Shown: piece by piece, positions 26,095-35,479 of the stretch
Numbering within the stretch: position 1 is the stretch's first letter
Layout: each line of letters starts with the position of its first letter
Assembly (NCBI GenBank): GCA_039590285.1
Contig: JBDHFS010000009.1
Coordinates: 1 to 37,664 of the forward strand
DNA from: Gemmatimonadota bacterium
Lineage (GTDB): Bacteria; Gemmatimonadota; Gemmatimonadetes; Palauibacterales; Palauibacteraceae
Reading direction: 5' to 3'
Length of the DNA stretch: 37,664 bases
Notes under the pieces: model-generated
Told to the model about the DNA's origin: nothing
The model's database searches: none
What the model saw: the letters and a program-made list of their open reading frames with translations, nothing else
Program-made: the position numbers and the translations under genes

Positions 26095-27192
26095 TCAGGG
26101 AGAAGGGTGCTCCGCGCGTAGAGCCACGCCGAGACCGGGTCGATCCGGGAACGGAGCCCATCTGCCTCCCTCGGGCGCGGGAATATCCTCGTACCACATC
26201 CGGTCCATCTCGAGCTGGATGTTCATGTACTCGGCGGCGGCGAATCCGGGCGTCGCGCATCCCACCTGAAGGCTCGATAGCTGTGCGGCGTGAGACATAA
26301 GCGGCAGCCCGTGCTCCGCCGCCACGGAGGCCGCCTGCAGCCATCCCGTGATGCCGCCGATCCGAAGAACGTCAGGCTGCAGAACATCGGCCGCCCCCGC
26401 CTCAGCGAGCCGGCGCAGGCCCGCCACTTCGTACTCGTGCTCACCTGCCGCGATGGGGATCGGACTGCCCTCCCGCACGGCTGTGTGGCCCGGAAGATCG
26501 TCAGGAGGCACGGGCTCCTCGAACAGACGCACATCGAGAGCCGAGAAGCGCTCGGACATGCGGAGTGCCTGCTCCACCCCGTAGGCACCGTTGGCATCCA
26601 CGTATAACTCGACGTTCGATCCCACGGCCTCTCGCACCGCGCGGACCCTGTCCACGTCCTCTTGCTCTTTCGTTCCGAATCCCTTGCCGACTTTCATCTT
26701 GAGCGCGCCGAATCCCGCTTCGGCGAAAGCGAGCATCTCCGCGACGAGATCCTGAATAGTGACGCTCGTATAGCCGCCGCTGCCGTATACGATCACGCTG
26801 GGTCGCAGCTCGCCCAATATCTCGTAGACCGGGAGACCCTCGAGCCGCCCCCTCAGGTCCCACAGCGCCAGGTCGATCGTGGATATCGCCTGGAGCGCCA
26901 CTCCACCGCGCCCGAAGTCCCGGACCGTCCACATCATCTCGGCCCACAGCTCACCCACGATGGCCGGGTCCTGCCCGACCAGCATCGGACCCAGAGATTC
27001 GTCCACAACCGTTTTCGCTCCGGGCGGCGCGTAGCCGACGGCCTTTCCCGACACCATCTCATCCGTGAGAACCTCTACGGCGAGCTGCCGTCGGCCCGCG
27101 GCCCCGGGGGGTAGAGGCGGCGTCGTTCCGTCCTCCACCAGGACGGCCGACGGGTGGTACAGGTGCCAGGCCCGTACCGACTCGATCCTCAT
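26095..27192 (-). CDS. Mandelate racemase/muconate lactonizing enzyme family protein (enolase superfamily)
   Basis: AISTIDLALWDL.G, KMK, metal ligands YVDAN / FEEP / AGE, LQPD, SH, PDRPGLG. Start at MRIESV (27192) overlaps the stop of the upstream small ORF. Confidence 0.9.
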   Translation of the reverse strand: MRIESVRAWHLYHPSAVLVEDGTTPPLPPGAAGRRQLAVEVLTDEMVSGKAVGYAPPGAKTVVDESLGPMLVGQDPAIVGELWAEMMWTVRDFGRGGVALQAISTIDLALWDLRGRLEGLPVYEILGELRPSVIVYGSGGYTSVTIQDLVAEMLAFAEAGFGALKMKVGKGFGTKEQEDVDRVRAVREAVGSNVELYVDANGAYGVEQALRMSERFSALDVRLFEEPVPPDDLPGHTAVREGSPIPIAAGEHEYEVAGLRRLAEAGAADVLQPDVLRIGGITGWLQAASVAAEHGLPLMSHAAQLSSLQVGCATPGFAAAEYMNIQLEMDRMWYEDIPAPEGGRWAPFPDRPGLGVALRAEHPSP

Positions 27193-27359
27193 TCGGGTCC
27201 ACTCGATGCCGAGAGATTCTCTTCCAAGCGACTCACCTTGCGCTCGACGTCGAGCTGGCGCTGGTGAAGGGAGTAGCCGCGAACGTTGCTGACGACGGCC
27301 AGAACCAGCGCAACCAACGAGACGAGCAGGGCACCGCCGGAAATCAGAGTGCTGGACAT
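27189..27359 (-). CDS. Small 56-aa single-pass membrane protein with a coiled-coil-like tail
   Basis: Below the ORF-track cutoff. MSSTLISGGALLVSLVALVLAVVSNVRGYSLHQRQLDVERKVSRLEENLSASSGPE*; GAGGAG just before the ATG (short spacing); TGA overlaps the next ATG (ATGA). Confidence 0.7.
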   Translation of the reverse strand: MSSTLISGGALLVSLVALVLAVVSNVRGYSLHQRQLDVERKVSRLEENLSASSGPE

Positions 27360-27467
27360 GACTCCTCGAGTCTTGGCGAGAGCGCAGGGGGCACGAGATG
27401 TTCCTGAATTTCAGGAACGAAGCGGATCCCGGCAATCCTGGCCACAGCGTGTGGGCTGTGGAGACCC

Positions 27468-29786
27468 TCAGTTCGGCAGGTTCATCCTTTCAAGCAACGC
27501 CGCGTAGCGCGGGTCACCCCGGAGAGAGGCGGATGCCTTGCCCACTCGAATAAAGGGCAGCCAGCCGTGCGGTGGCTCGAACGCGAGCAACTCGAACGCT
27601 TCGTCGAGCTCCCCGAGGGCCGCGTGCACCCTTGCACGATTCAGGGCGGTCCAGCCGTTCAGCGGCTCCGCCTCGACCTCGGCGAGCACCGCTCTCGCTT
27701 TCGCCTCCCGGCCGGCCCGGGCATACGTTAGGGCGAGCCCCCCTCGCCAGGCCGGATTCACCGCAACCACCGCCTCGTGCGCTTCGATTGCCTCGTCGTA
27801 CCGGCCGGCGTCGAGCAGCGCGTTGCCGAGGACCAGCTGACCGATCCAGATGCCGGGCCATCGCTCGAGGACCTCGTGCGCCTGGGAGAGCGCCTGATCG
27901 TGGCGTCCCGTTCGGCGGTACATGCCCGACAGCCAACCTGACATCAACGGTGTCAACGGGTCGAGCTCCGCGGCCAGCTCATGCTCCTCCACCGCCTCGT
28001 CCCAACGCCCGAACAGGTACAGGTACCATGCGTAGTGGTAGTGGTTCATGGGCATGCTCGGGTTGAGCGCGTTGGCCCGCTCGAACTCGCGCTCCGCACC
28101 CTCCCAGTCCCACTCACCGTATAGCATGATGTCGGCCGACGCCGCGTGCGCTTCCGCCAGGTTCGGGTCCAGCCCGAGGGCCCTGTCAGTCGCGGCGCGA
28201 GCGAGGCGCCAGACACCTTCCGGGGGCGCCGGGCCATGCCCGAGCGTGACGTACCCGCCCGCGAGCCCCGCCCACGCGAGAGCGTCGCCCGGGTCCGCCT
28301 CCACGGCCGCGTTCAGGTATCGCATGCCCTCCTGGAAGTCCTCGGCCGTACCCTTGTTCAGAAAGTACATCCCTCGCAGATAGGCTTCGTATGTCTCCGG
28401 GTTCACGGGTCGTGTGCCGGTGAGTCGGGCTTCCTCTTCGGGTGTCAGGTCGATGTCGAGCGCGGAGGCGATGCCCCTCGCTACCTCGCCGTGCAGAGCC
28501 ATCACCTCGCTCGCATCCCTCTCGTACGCCTGCGCCCACAGCTGCCGCTCCTCGGGCACCGCCTGAATCAGGTTCACTTGGAGGCGGATGGCGTCACCCT
28601 CACGGACCGCCGTGACATCGACGAGGTAGTCCACGCCCAGCTCGGCAGCCATCTCCGAGATCGACTTCTCCGAACCCGCGTACCGAAGGACGGACCGCCG
28701 GGAGATCGTGCGCAGGCCACCGATTCGACCGAGTTGTCCGATCAGGGCCTGGTGCGCCCCGGCCACGAAGGGCTCCTGCCCGGAATCGCCGGACACGTTC
28801 TCCACAGGAAGCACCGCGACGGGAACGAAGCTCGCCGCACCAGCCTCGGGCGTGCCGCGCGTGATAAACCAGGCTCCCGCCGCAACGACTAGAGCCGCTG
28901 CCGCGATCGCCAGAAGGCGTCTGCCCGCCCCCCGCGACTTCAGCTTCTCGGCCTCCTCAGGGGCGGCCAGGGCTCGATCCAGGTCTTCCGCCGTGGCGTA
29001 CCGGTCCGCCTGCTGCGGGGCCATCGCCTTGGCGATCACTCCCACGACGTCCGCAGACACCTGCTTGCGGTGCCTTCTGAGATCCGGAGTCACGTGTGAC
29101 GACTTCGCGGCGAGAATCGAATGCGGCGTCGGCCCGTCGAACGGCGCCTCTCCCGCCAGCATTTCCCAGAGGACGCAACCCACCGCGTACAGATCCGCCC
29201 GGCCGTCCACCTCACCGCCCGCCGCCTGCTCGGGGCTCATGTACTTCGGCGTACCCACGGCCAATCCCGTGGCCGTCGCTTCCCCTCCGCCAGCCACCCC
29301 TACGGCCCTCGCCACGCCGAAGTCCGCGATCACTGCGTGCCCTTCCTCGAAGAGAATATTCGACGGTTTGATGTCCCGGTGGATTACACCCTTCGTGTGT
29401 GCGTACGCCAGGGCATCGACTATTTCCCTGGCGATTCCCAGCGCTTCATCCACGGGCAGCCGACCCTCACGCTGTATCCTCTGTTTGAGGGTCTCCCCCT
29501 CCACGAACGGCATCACGTAGTACAGCAGTCCGTCCGCCTCGCCCGAGTCGATCAGGGTGAGAATCCTGGGGTGGGTGAGTCCGGCCACGATCTGGATCTC
29601 GCGCAGGAATCGCTCGTCACCCAGGGTCGCCGCGAGCTCCGGGTGAAGGACCTTGACCGCGACCTCTCGGTTGAGCTTCAGATCCGTCGCCAGATAGACC
29701 GTGGCCATACCGCCACGACCCAGCTCGCGCTCGATCGCGTAGCGGTCGGCGAGGGCTTCACGGACACGGTCCATCGAGTTCGACAT
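27468..29786 (-). CDS. Hanks-type Ser/Thr protein kinase with TM segment, TolB-like domain and TPR repeats
   Basis: LGRGGMATVY, VAVK, HRDIKPSN, DFG, GTPKYMSPEQ; hydrophobic segment; VAVLP.EN.SGD domain; EAYLRG followed by TPRs. AGGAG SD. Confidence 0.95.
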   Translation of the reverse strand: MSNSMDRVREALADRYAIERELGRGGMATVYLATDLKLNREVAVKVLHPELAATLGDERFLREIQIVAGLTHPRILTLIDSGEADGLLYYVMPFVEGETLKQRIQREGRLPVDEALGIAREIVDALAYAHTKGVIHRDIKPSNILFEEGHAVIADFGVARAVGVAGGGEATATGLAVGTPKYMSPEQAAGGEVDGRADLYAVGCVLWEMLAGEAPFDGPTPHSILAAKSSHVTPDLRRHRKQVSADVVGVIAKAMAPQQADRYATAEDLDRALAAPEEAEKLKSRGAGRRLLAIAAAALVVAAGAWFITRGTPEAGAASFVPVAVLPVENVSGDSGQEPFVAGAHQALIGQLGRIGGLRTISRRSVLRYAGSEKSISEMAAELGVDYLVDVTAVREGDAIRLQVNLIQAVPEERQLWAQAYERDASEVMALHGEVARGIASALDIDLTPEEEARLTGTRPVNPETYEAYLRGMYFLNKGTAEDFQEGMRYLNAAVEADPGDALAWAGLAGGYVTLGHGPAPPEGVWRLARAATDRALGLDPNLAEAHAASADIMLYGEWDWEGAEREFERANALNPSMPMNHYHYAWYLYLFGRWDEAVEEHELAAELDPLTPLMSGWLSGMYRRTGRHDQALSQAHEVLERWPGIWIGQLVLGNALLDAGRYDEAIEAHEAVVAVNPAWRGGLALTYARAGREAKARAVLAEVEAEPLNGWTALNRARVHAALGELDEAFELLAFEPPHGWLPFIRVGKASASLRGDPRYAALLERMNLPN

Positions 29787-29798
29787 GGTCCCGCTCCT

Positions 29799-32138
29799 TC
29801 AGCTCGGGAAGTTCGGGAGATTGAGCTTCCGCAGGAAATCCTGGAAGCGGGGGTCGTCGCGGGGCAGCTCGAGCACAGGATCGACGGCCCCCCAGGCGAC
29901 CCAGGCGTGCGGCGGCTCGTATTCGAGCCAGCGGAAGGAGGCGTCGTTCGCTCCGAGAGCCGCATACAGAACCGCGAGCCCGAAGGCGCTCATGGACGAC
30001 TGCTCCTCCGATTCCAGCTGCGCAGCGAGCTGCCGGGCGTCCTCCATGCGGCCCGCCTTCGCGTAGGTACGCCCGAGGAGCCAGCGCCAGACGGGATACA
30101 GCTCCGCCATCCGCTCGTGCGTCGCGATGGCCTCGTCGTACCTTCCCTCCGCCGAGAACGCCGCTCCCAGCGTGGCCAACCCGAACATGCCGTCGGGCTT
30201 GAGGGCCAGCGCTTTCCGGGCCTCCTCGATCGCCTTGTCCGTCCGTCCGGGGTAGAGATACGCCCACCCCAGGATCGCGGACATTTCCGATGTGAGGGGA
30301 TCCAGGTCCTGACCCAGCTCGTGTATCTCGAGGGCCTCGTCCCACCGCCCGACCAGGAGGAGATACCATGCATAGTGGAACTGATTCATCGCGAGGTTGG
30401 GGTTCAGCTCGTCAGCCTTGAGAAACGACTCTTCCGCGCCCGCCCAATCCCAATCGTAGTAGAGCTTGACGTCAGCCATGGCGGCATGGCCCTCGGCAAG
30501 CATGGAATCCAGGCCGACTGCTCTTTCCGCCGCTGCACGCGCCCGTATCCAGGCGTCCGGTGGCGCCGCCGGTCCGTGACCGACCAGGGCGTACCCCGTG
30601 GCCAGCCCCGCCCACGCCATCGCATCGCCCGGATCCCGCTCCGTGGCTTCGTGCAGGTGGGCGAGCCCCGCCGCGATGCCCTCGGGAGTTCCCTCATTGA
30701 TGAAGTACATCCCCCGCAGATAGGATTCGTAAGTCTCCGGGTTGACGGGCCGGGTGCCCGCGAGCTGCACTTCATCATCCGGGCTCACTTCCACGTCCAG
30801 GGCGCCGGCGATGCCCCTGGCCACCTGGCCATGGATCTCCATCACGTGCTCGACATCCCCGTCGTATCCCTCCATCCACACCTGGCGCTCCTCGGGCATC
30901 GCCTCGATGAGGTGGACCTCGACGTGAACACCCTCGCCGTCCCGGGTGGCCGACGCCTCAACCAGGTATTCCACACCGAGCTCGCCGGCGATCTCCGGAA
31001 TGGACTGGTCCGAGTCGGCGTACCTTCGGACCGAGCTGCGAGAGATCACCCTGAATCCGCTGAGCTTCCCGAGTTGGCCGATGAGCGCATCCTGCATGCC
31101 TGCCACGAAATAGTCCTGCGCCGGATCACCCGTGAGGTTCTCGATCGGCAGGACCGCCATGGACACGAATTCCGCCGCGCCCACTTCGGGAACGCTTCGC
31201 GTGATCCACCAGGCGCCGGCGAGGATGGCGACGGCAGAGGCAGCTGCGACCACCAGGATCCGGCCCCGGGCCCTCGCACGGCGCCGTGGCTTCCATTTCT
31301 CGGCTGCCTCCGGCGCAGCGAGTGCCTGCTCAAGGTCCGCCGCCGTGGCGTACCGGTCGGCCGGCTGTGCCGCCATGGCCTTTTCGATCACGCCTTCCAC
31401 ACCGGGCGGAACGTGGCTTCTTCGCACCCGGAGGCTCGGCGTGGAGTCCGACGATTTGAGAGCCAGGATCGCCTGAGGCGTCGGCCCTTCGAAGGGCGCC
31501 TCGCCCGCCAGCATCTCCCACAGCACGCAGCCCAGCGCGTACAGGTCTGCACGGCCATCCACGTCGCTGCCGGCCGCCTGCTCGGGGCTCATGTACTTCG
31601 GCGTGCCCACGGCGAGTCCGGTCGCCGTCGTGTCCTCTCCGCCGGCCACCCCCACGGCTCTGGCCACACCGAAGTCCGCGATCACGGCATGTCCCGCGCC
31701 AAAGAGGATGTTCGAGGGTTTGATGTCCCGGTGGATGACACCTTTTTCGTGCGCGTAGCTCAGGGCATCGGCCACTTCCCGCGCGATTCGCAGGGCCTCA
31801 TCGACCGGCAGCGCACCTTCGCGCCCCAGCCGGTCCTTGAGCGTCTCTCCCTCCACGTACGGCATCACGTAGTACAGGAAGCCGTCCGCGTCGCCCGAGT
31901 CGATCAGCGTGAGGATCCGCGGGTGAGTCAGTCGCGCCACGATCTCGATTTCTCTGAGGAAGCGCTCGTGGCCCAGCGTCACCGTCAGCTCGGGGTGCAG
32001 CACCTTCACCGCCACTTCCCGGTTGTGCTTGACGTCCCTCGCCAGATACACCGTGGCCATGCCGCCACGACCCAGCTCGCGCTCGATCACGTAACGGTCC
32101 GCCAGGGTGCCCGTGAGACGCTCCTTCAGATCTGTCAT
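29799..32138 (-). CDS. Hanks-type Ser/Thr protein kinase with TM segment, TolB-like domain and TPR repeats (tandem paralog)
   Basis: Same motifs and architecture as the neighbour; start MTDLKERL (32138) has a GGAG SD and aligns with the paralog start. Confidence 0.95.
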   Translation of the reverse strand: MTDLKERLTGTLADRYVIERELGRGGMATVYLARDVKHNREVAVKVLHPELTVTLGHERFLREIEIVARLTHPRILTLIDSGDADGFLYYVMPYVEGETLKDRLGREGALPVDEALRIAREVADALSYAHEKGVIHRDIKPSNILFGAGHAVIADFGVARAVGVAGGEDTTATGLAVGTPKYMSPEQAAGSDVDGRADLYALGCVLWEMLAGEAPFEGPTPQAILALKSSDSTPSLRVRRSHVPPGVEGVIEKAMAAQPADRYATAADLEQALAAPEAAEKWKPRRRARARGRILVVAAASAVAILAGAWWITRSVPEVGAAEFVSMAVLPIENLTGDPAQDYFVAGMQDALIGQLGKLSGFRVISRSSVRRYADSDQSIPEIAGELGVEYLVEASATRDGEGVHVEVHLIEAMPEERQVWMEGYDGDVEHVMEIHGQVARGIAGALDVEVSPDDEVQLAGTRPVNPETYESYLRGMYFINEGTPEGIAAGLAHLHEATERDPGDAMAWAGLATGYALVGHGPAAPPDAWIRARAAAERAVGLDSMLAEGHAAMADVKLYYDWDWAGAEESFLKADELNPNLAMNQFHYAWYLLLVGRWDEALEIHELGQDLDPLTSEMSAILGWAYLYPGRTDKAIEEARKALALKPDGMFGLATLGAAFSAEGRYDEAIATHERMAELYPVWRWLLGRTYAKAGRMEDARQLAAQLESEEQSSMSAFGLAVLYAALGANDASFRWLEYEPPHAWVAWGAVDPVLELPRDDPRFQDFLRKLNLPNFPS

Positions 32139-32182
32139 GGTATGTGCTCCGCCTCTGAGAAATGCGCTGATACAGCCCATCG

Positions 32183-32211
32183 ATTATAGAGAAGAGAGGG
32201 CAGGCGGCCAA
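32183..32211 (-). promoter_or_regulatory. Putative sigma70 promoter for the kinase pair
   Basis: Minus strand TTGGCC (32211-32206), 17 nt, TATAAT (32188-32183), about 45 nt upstream of ATG 32138. Confidence 0.6.
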
Positions 32212-32291
32212 TACGACATGGCTGGTGACGCACCGGCGCCGGCTGCGCTCCGGTCCGGCCGGGTCTCACATTCGCGGCGGGAAGACGCTGC

Positions 32292-33890
32292 TCATGTCCT
32301 GCCGGCCTTCGCGTCCTTGAGGATCCTGCGAGCGGCCAGATATCCGGACGTGCCGGTCACCCCACCGCCCGGATGCGTTCCCACGCCGCACAGGTAGAGG
32401 CCGTCAATGGGGGTCCGGTATCGAGCCCAACCTGCCACGGGCCGCGCGAAGAAGAACTGATCCATCGTCATCTCGCCCTGGAAGATGGACCCCTCCTGAA
32501 GAGCCCATCTTTCCTCCATGTCGGCCGGCGTGAGAACGTGACGAGCCTCGACGGAGCCGGGAAGATTCGGAGCATAACGACCGAGCGTCTCCACGACCGT
32601 GTCAGCGAGCGAGTCGGTGGCGGCCCGGTCCCAGATCCCTTCCCGGAGATGGTAAGGCGCGTACTGCACGAGCACCGACATGCCGTGCTTCCCGTCCGGG
32701 GCGAGGTCCGGCTCCGCCACCGTCGGGATGACCGCCTCCAGGTACGGCTCTGCGGAGACCCGGCCGTACTTGGCCGCATCGGATGCCTGCTCCACGTACT
32801 CGAGGCTGGGACTGATCGAGATGGCTCCGGTCAGATGAGAGCCACCGTCCGGGAGGCCTTCGAACCGCGGGAGCTCTCCGAGCGCCAGATGCACCTTGGC
32901 GCTCGCCCCCCTGTAGCGAATCGCCTCGAGGGACCGGGTGACCTCCGGCTCGAGCGCGGCTGAATCAGACAGACTCGATAGGGTCACTCCTGGACCGACG
33001 CCTGACGCCACCCGGCCCGCGGCGATCTCCGTGCCGTTCTCGAGAACGACGCCCGCGGCCCGGCCCTCCCGGAGCAGGACGCGACGAACCCGGCTCTCCG
33101 TACTGATCTGTGCCCCCGCCGCGCGTGCCGCCGAGGCCAGAGCCTCGCTCAGCCGCCCGACTCCACCGCGCGGGCGAAGGAGCGCCACCGCGCTTCCGGT
33201 CCCCGATTCCGCTGCCCGCCGCAGCAGATTGAGGGCGGTTCCAACGGCCATCGGTCCGTGGATACCACCCTGCACCGCCACGCCGGCCAGCGCTCCGCGA
33301 AGCGGCTCGGACTCGAACCACTCATCCAGGAGCTCGAGGCAGGACATGGGGAGCACCCGCAGGACCTCCTCCATTTCCCGCCGGCCCAGCTTCCGCAGGC
33401 CGAGACCGAGTCGCGCCAGCGTGCGCATGTCCGCCAGTCCCGGCCCGGGAACCTCGGGAGGCTCGATCGAGAACAGGGACGACAGGAAGCCGGCCGCCAT
33501 GCTCGTGAATTCCTTGAATTCGGACCACCGATCGGCATCGACGGCCGAGAACATCCTTATCGACGCGGCCGACGCGGACGGGGATTCGCCGAGCTGGAGG
33601 TTGCGCCCGTCACCCAGGGGGACCAAGACGCCACGTCCGGACGGGATCATCTGCAGTCCGTGTTTTGCGAGATCGAAGTCCGCCGCAATAGCCGGATGCA
33701 GCTGCCCTACGCGGTGCGCTCCCGTGTCGAACAGGAAACCCGGGAACACTTCCTCCGTCGACGCGCCTCCTCCTACCCTGTCCCGCTGCTCGACCGCGAG
33801 AACGCTCAACCCTGCCCTGGCGAGGTAGGCCGCCGTCACGAGCCCGTTGTGACCCGCCCCCACGACTACGGCGTCGTAAGCACCTTTCAT
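32292..33890 (-). CDS. Phytoene desaturase family / PYROXD2-like FAD-dependent oxidoreductase (copy 2)
   Basis: VVGAGHNGLVTAAYLA dinucleotide fold; LDEWFES; YRTPIDGLYLCG.GTHPGGGV; ATGA overlap with the upstream paralog. Confidence 0.9.
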   Translation of the reverse strand: MKGAYDAVVVGAGHNGLVTAAYLARAGLSVLAVEQRDRVGGGASTEEVFPGFLFDTGAHRVGQLHPAIAADFDLAKHGLQMIPSGRGVLVPLGDGRNLQLGESPSASAASIRMFSAVDADRWSEFKEFTSMAAGFLSSLFSIEPPEVPGPGLADMRTLARLGLGLRKLGRREMEEVLRVLPMSCLELLDEWFESEPLRGALAGVAVQGGIHGPMAVGTALNLLRRAAESGTGSAVALLRPRGGVGRLSEALASAARAAGAQISTESRVRRVLLREGRAAGVVLENGTEIAAGRVASGVGPGVTLSSLSDSAALEPEVTRSLEAIRYRGASAKVHLALGELPRFEGLPDGGSHLTGAISISPSLEYVEQASDAAKYGRVSAEPYLEAVIPTVAEPDLAPDGKHGMSVLVQYAPYHLREGIWDRAATDSLADTVVETLGRYAPNLPGSVEARHVLTPADMEERWALQEGSIFQGEMTMDQFFFARPVAGWARYRTPIDGLYLCGVGTHPGGGVTGTSGYLAARRILKDAKAGRT

Positions 33891-35479
33891 CGACGGTCAT
33901 CCTTCAGGATCTCCAGGGCCGCCAGGCGACCCGGACCGGCACAGATCCCGCCACCGGGATGTGTGCCCGACGCGCACTGGTAGAAGCCGCGGATCGGCGT
34001 ACGATAGTCGGCCCAGCGCGGAGCCGGCCTCAGGAAGAACAGCTGCTGCAGGGAAAGCTCCCCGTGGAAGATGTTGCCTCCGGTCAGGCCGAACACGTCC
34101 TGCATGTCCTGGGGAGTCACCACCTGTCGATGGATGATGGCGTCCGGCAAGTTTGGCGCGTACTCGCTCAGCGTGGCGACGACGGCGTCCCCGAACGCCT
34201 CCCGCTTCTCGTCGTTCCAGCCCCCGTTCAGGTTGAACGGCGCGTATTGAACGAAGCAGGACATCACGTGCTTCCCGGGTGGAGCCATCCCCGGATCGAT
34301 GAGTGAGGGAATGATGACGTCCATGTACGGCCGGCGCGAAAACTCGCCGTACTTGGCATCGTCGTACGCGCGCTCCAGGTAGTCCTGACTGGGGCTGATG
34401 GAGATCGCGCCCCGCAGGTGATCCCCGTGGCCCGGCAGACAGGTGAAGTTCGGAAGCTCGCTCAGGGCCAGGTTGACCTTCCCCGATGAACCCATGCTGC
34501 GGTAGCGGCGGATCGCGCGAACGAAGTCCGGCGGCAGATCCGTCTCGTCCACCAGGCCGAGGAACGTGCGCCGGGGGTCGAGTCCGGAGACCACCGTCCG
34601 CGCCCGGATCTCCTCCCCGTCCTCCAGCGCCACGCCCAAGGCACGACCTCCCCGAACCATCACCTGCCCCACCGTGGCGTTCTCCCGGATCGTCACGCCG
34701 AGACCTCGGGCTGCCGACGCGATGGACTCGGCCACCGCCCCGGTCCCTCCGCGCGCGAATCCCCACGCCCGGAACGCCCCGTCGATCTCGCCCATGTAAT
34801 GGTGGAGCTGCACGTAAGCCGTTCCGGGAGAGCGTGGACCGAGGAACGTGCCTATGATCCCGCTGGCGGACATGGTGGCCTTGAGTGGATCGGTCTCGAA
34901 CCACTCGTCCAGGAAGTCGGCGGAGCTCATGGTCAGGAGCTTGTACAGCATGAAGAAGTCCGACTCCCCCAGGTCGCGGAAGTGTCTTCCCAGCCGCAGC
35001 AGTCCCCGAAGATCCTTCGGGCTCACGGACGTGGGATCCGGAGGAACCATGCCCAGGATCGGCTTCACGGCCAGCGCCATCCGATACATCAGCTGGCCGA
35101 ACCGGTCATAGGCGTCAGCATCGCGAGGCGAATGCCGGTAGATCTCGCGGCGGGTCTCGTCGTGATCCGACCCCCGAAACAGGTAGTCACCGTGGAGCGG
35201 AGTGAACGTGCTCTCGAGCGGCAGGATCTCCAGCCCGTGCCGGGACAGCTGCAGTTCCCGGATGATCTCGGGACGCAGCAGGCTGACTACGTAAGAGAGT
35301 ACCGAGAACTTGAACCCGGGGAATATCTCTTCGGTTACCGTGGAACCGCCCACCAGGTGACGGCGCTCCAGTACGAGGACCTTCCTCCCGGCGCGGGCCA
35401 GATACGCGGCGGTGGTGAGCCCGTTATGACCGCCCCCGATCACGATCGTGTCGTACGCGTCTCCCCGGCCCACTCTCAC
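33887..35479 (-). CDS. Phytoene desaturase family / PYROXD2-like FAD-dependent oxidoreductase (copy 1)
   Basis: IGGGHNGLTTAAYLA, SYVVSLLRPEII, PGTAYV.LHHYMGEIDG, GGNIFHGEL, THPGGG; GTGA overlap with the GcvT-like gene. Confidence 0.92.
   Translation of the reverse strand: MRVGRGDAYDTIVIGGGHNGLTTAAYLARAGRKVLVLERRHLVGGSTVTEEIFPGFKFSVLSYVVSLLRPEIIRELQLSRHGLEILPLESTFTPLHGDYLFRGSDHDETRREIYRHSPRDADAYDRFGQLMYRMALAVKPILGMVPPDPTSVSPKDLRGLLRLGRHFRDLGESDFFMLYKLLTMSSADFLDEWFETDPLKATMSASGIIGTFLGPRSPGTAYVQLHHYMGEIDGAFRAWGFARGGTGAVAESIASAARGLGVTIRENATVGQVMVRGGRALGVALEDGEEIRARTVVSGLDPRRTFLGLVDETDLPPDFVRAIRRYRSMGSSGKVNLALSELPNFTCLPGHGDHLRGAISISPSQDYLERAYDDAKYGEFSRRPYMDVIIPSLIDPGMAPPGKHVMSCFVQYAPFNLNGGWNDEKREAFGDAVVATLSEYAPNLPDAIIHRQVVTPQDMQDVFGLTGGNIFHGELSLQQLFFLRPAPRWADYRTPIRGFYQCASGTHPGGGICAGPGRLAALEILKDDRR

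Noticed and set aside
26095-27435. 446-aa version of the enolase-family ORF with an 81-aa N-terminal extension
   Set aside because: The extension overlaps a better-supported small ORF in another frame; the family-like sequence begins at MRIESV (27192).
29121-32189. 1022-aa plus-strand ORF opposite the kinases
   Set aside because: Antisense shadow; it crosses the gene junction only because the two kinases share a frame.
32292-35479. Calling the two flavoproteins crtI (carotenoid synthesis)
   Set aside because: No crtB/crtE context; the GHNGL and THPGGG motifs and linkage to a GcvT-like gene fit the PYROXD2-like subgroup better.
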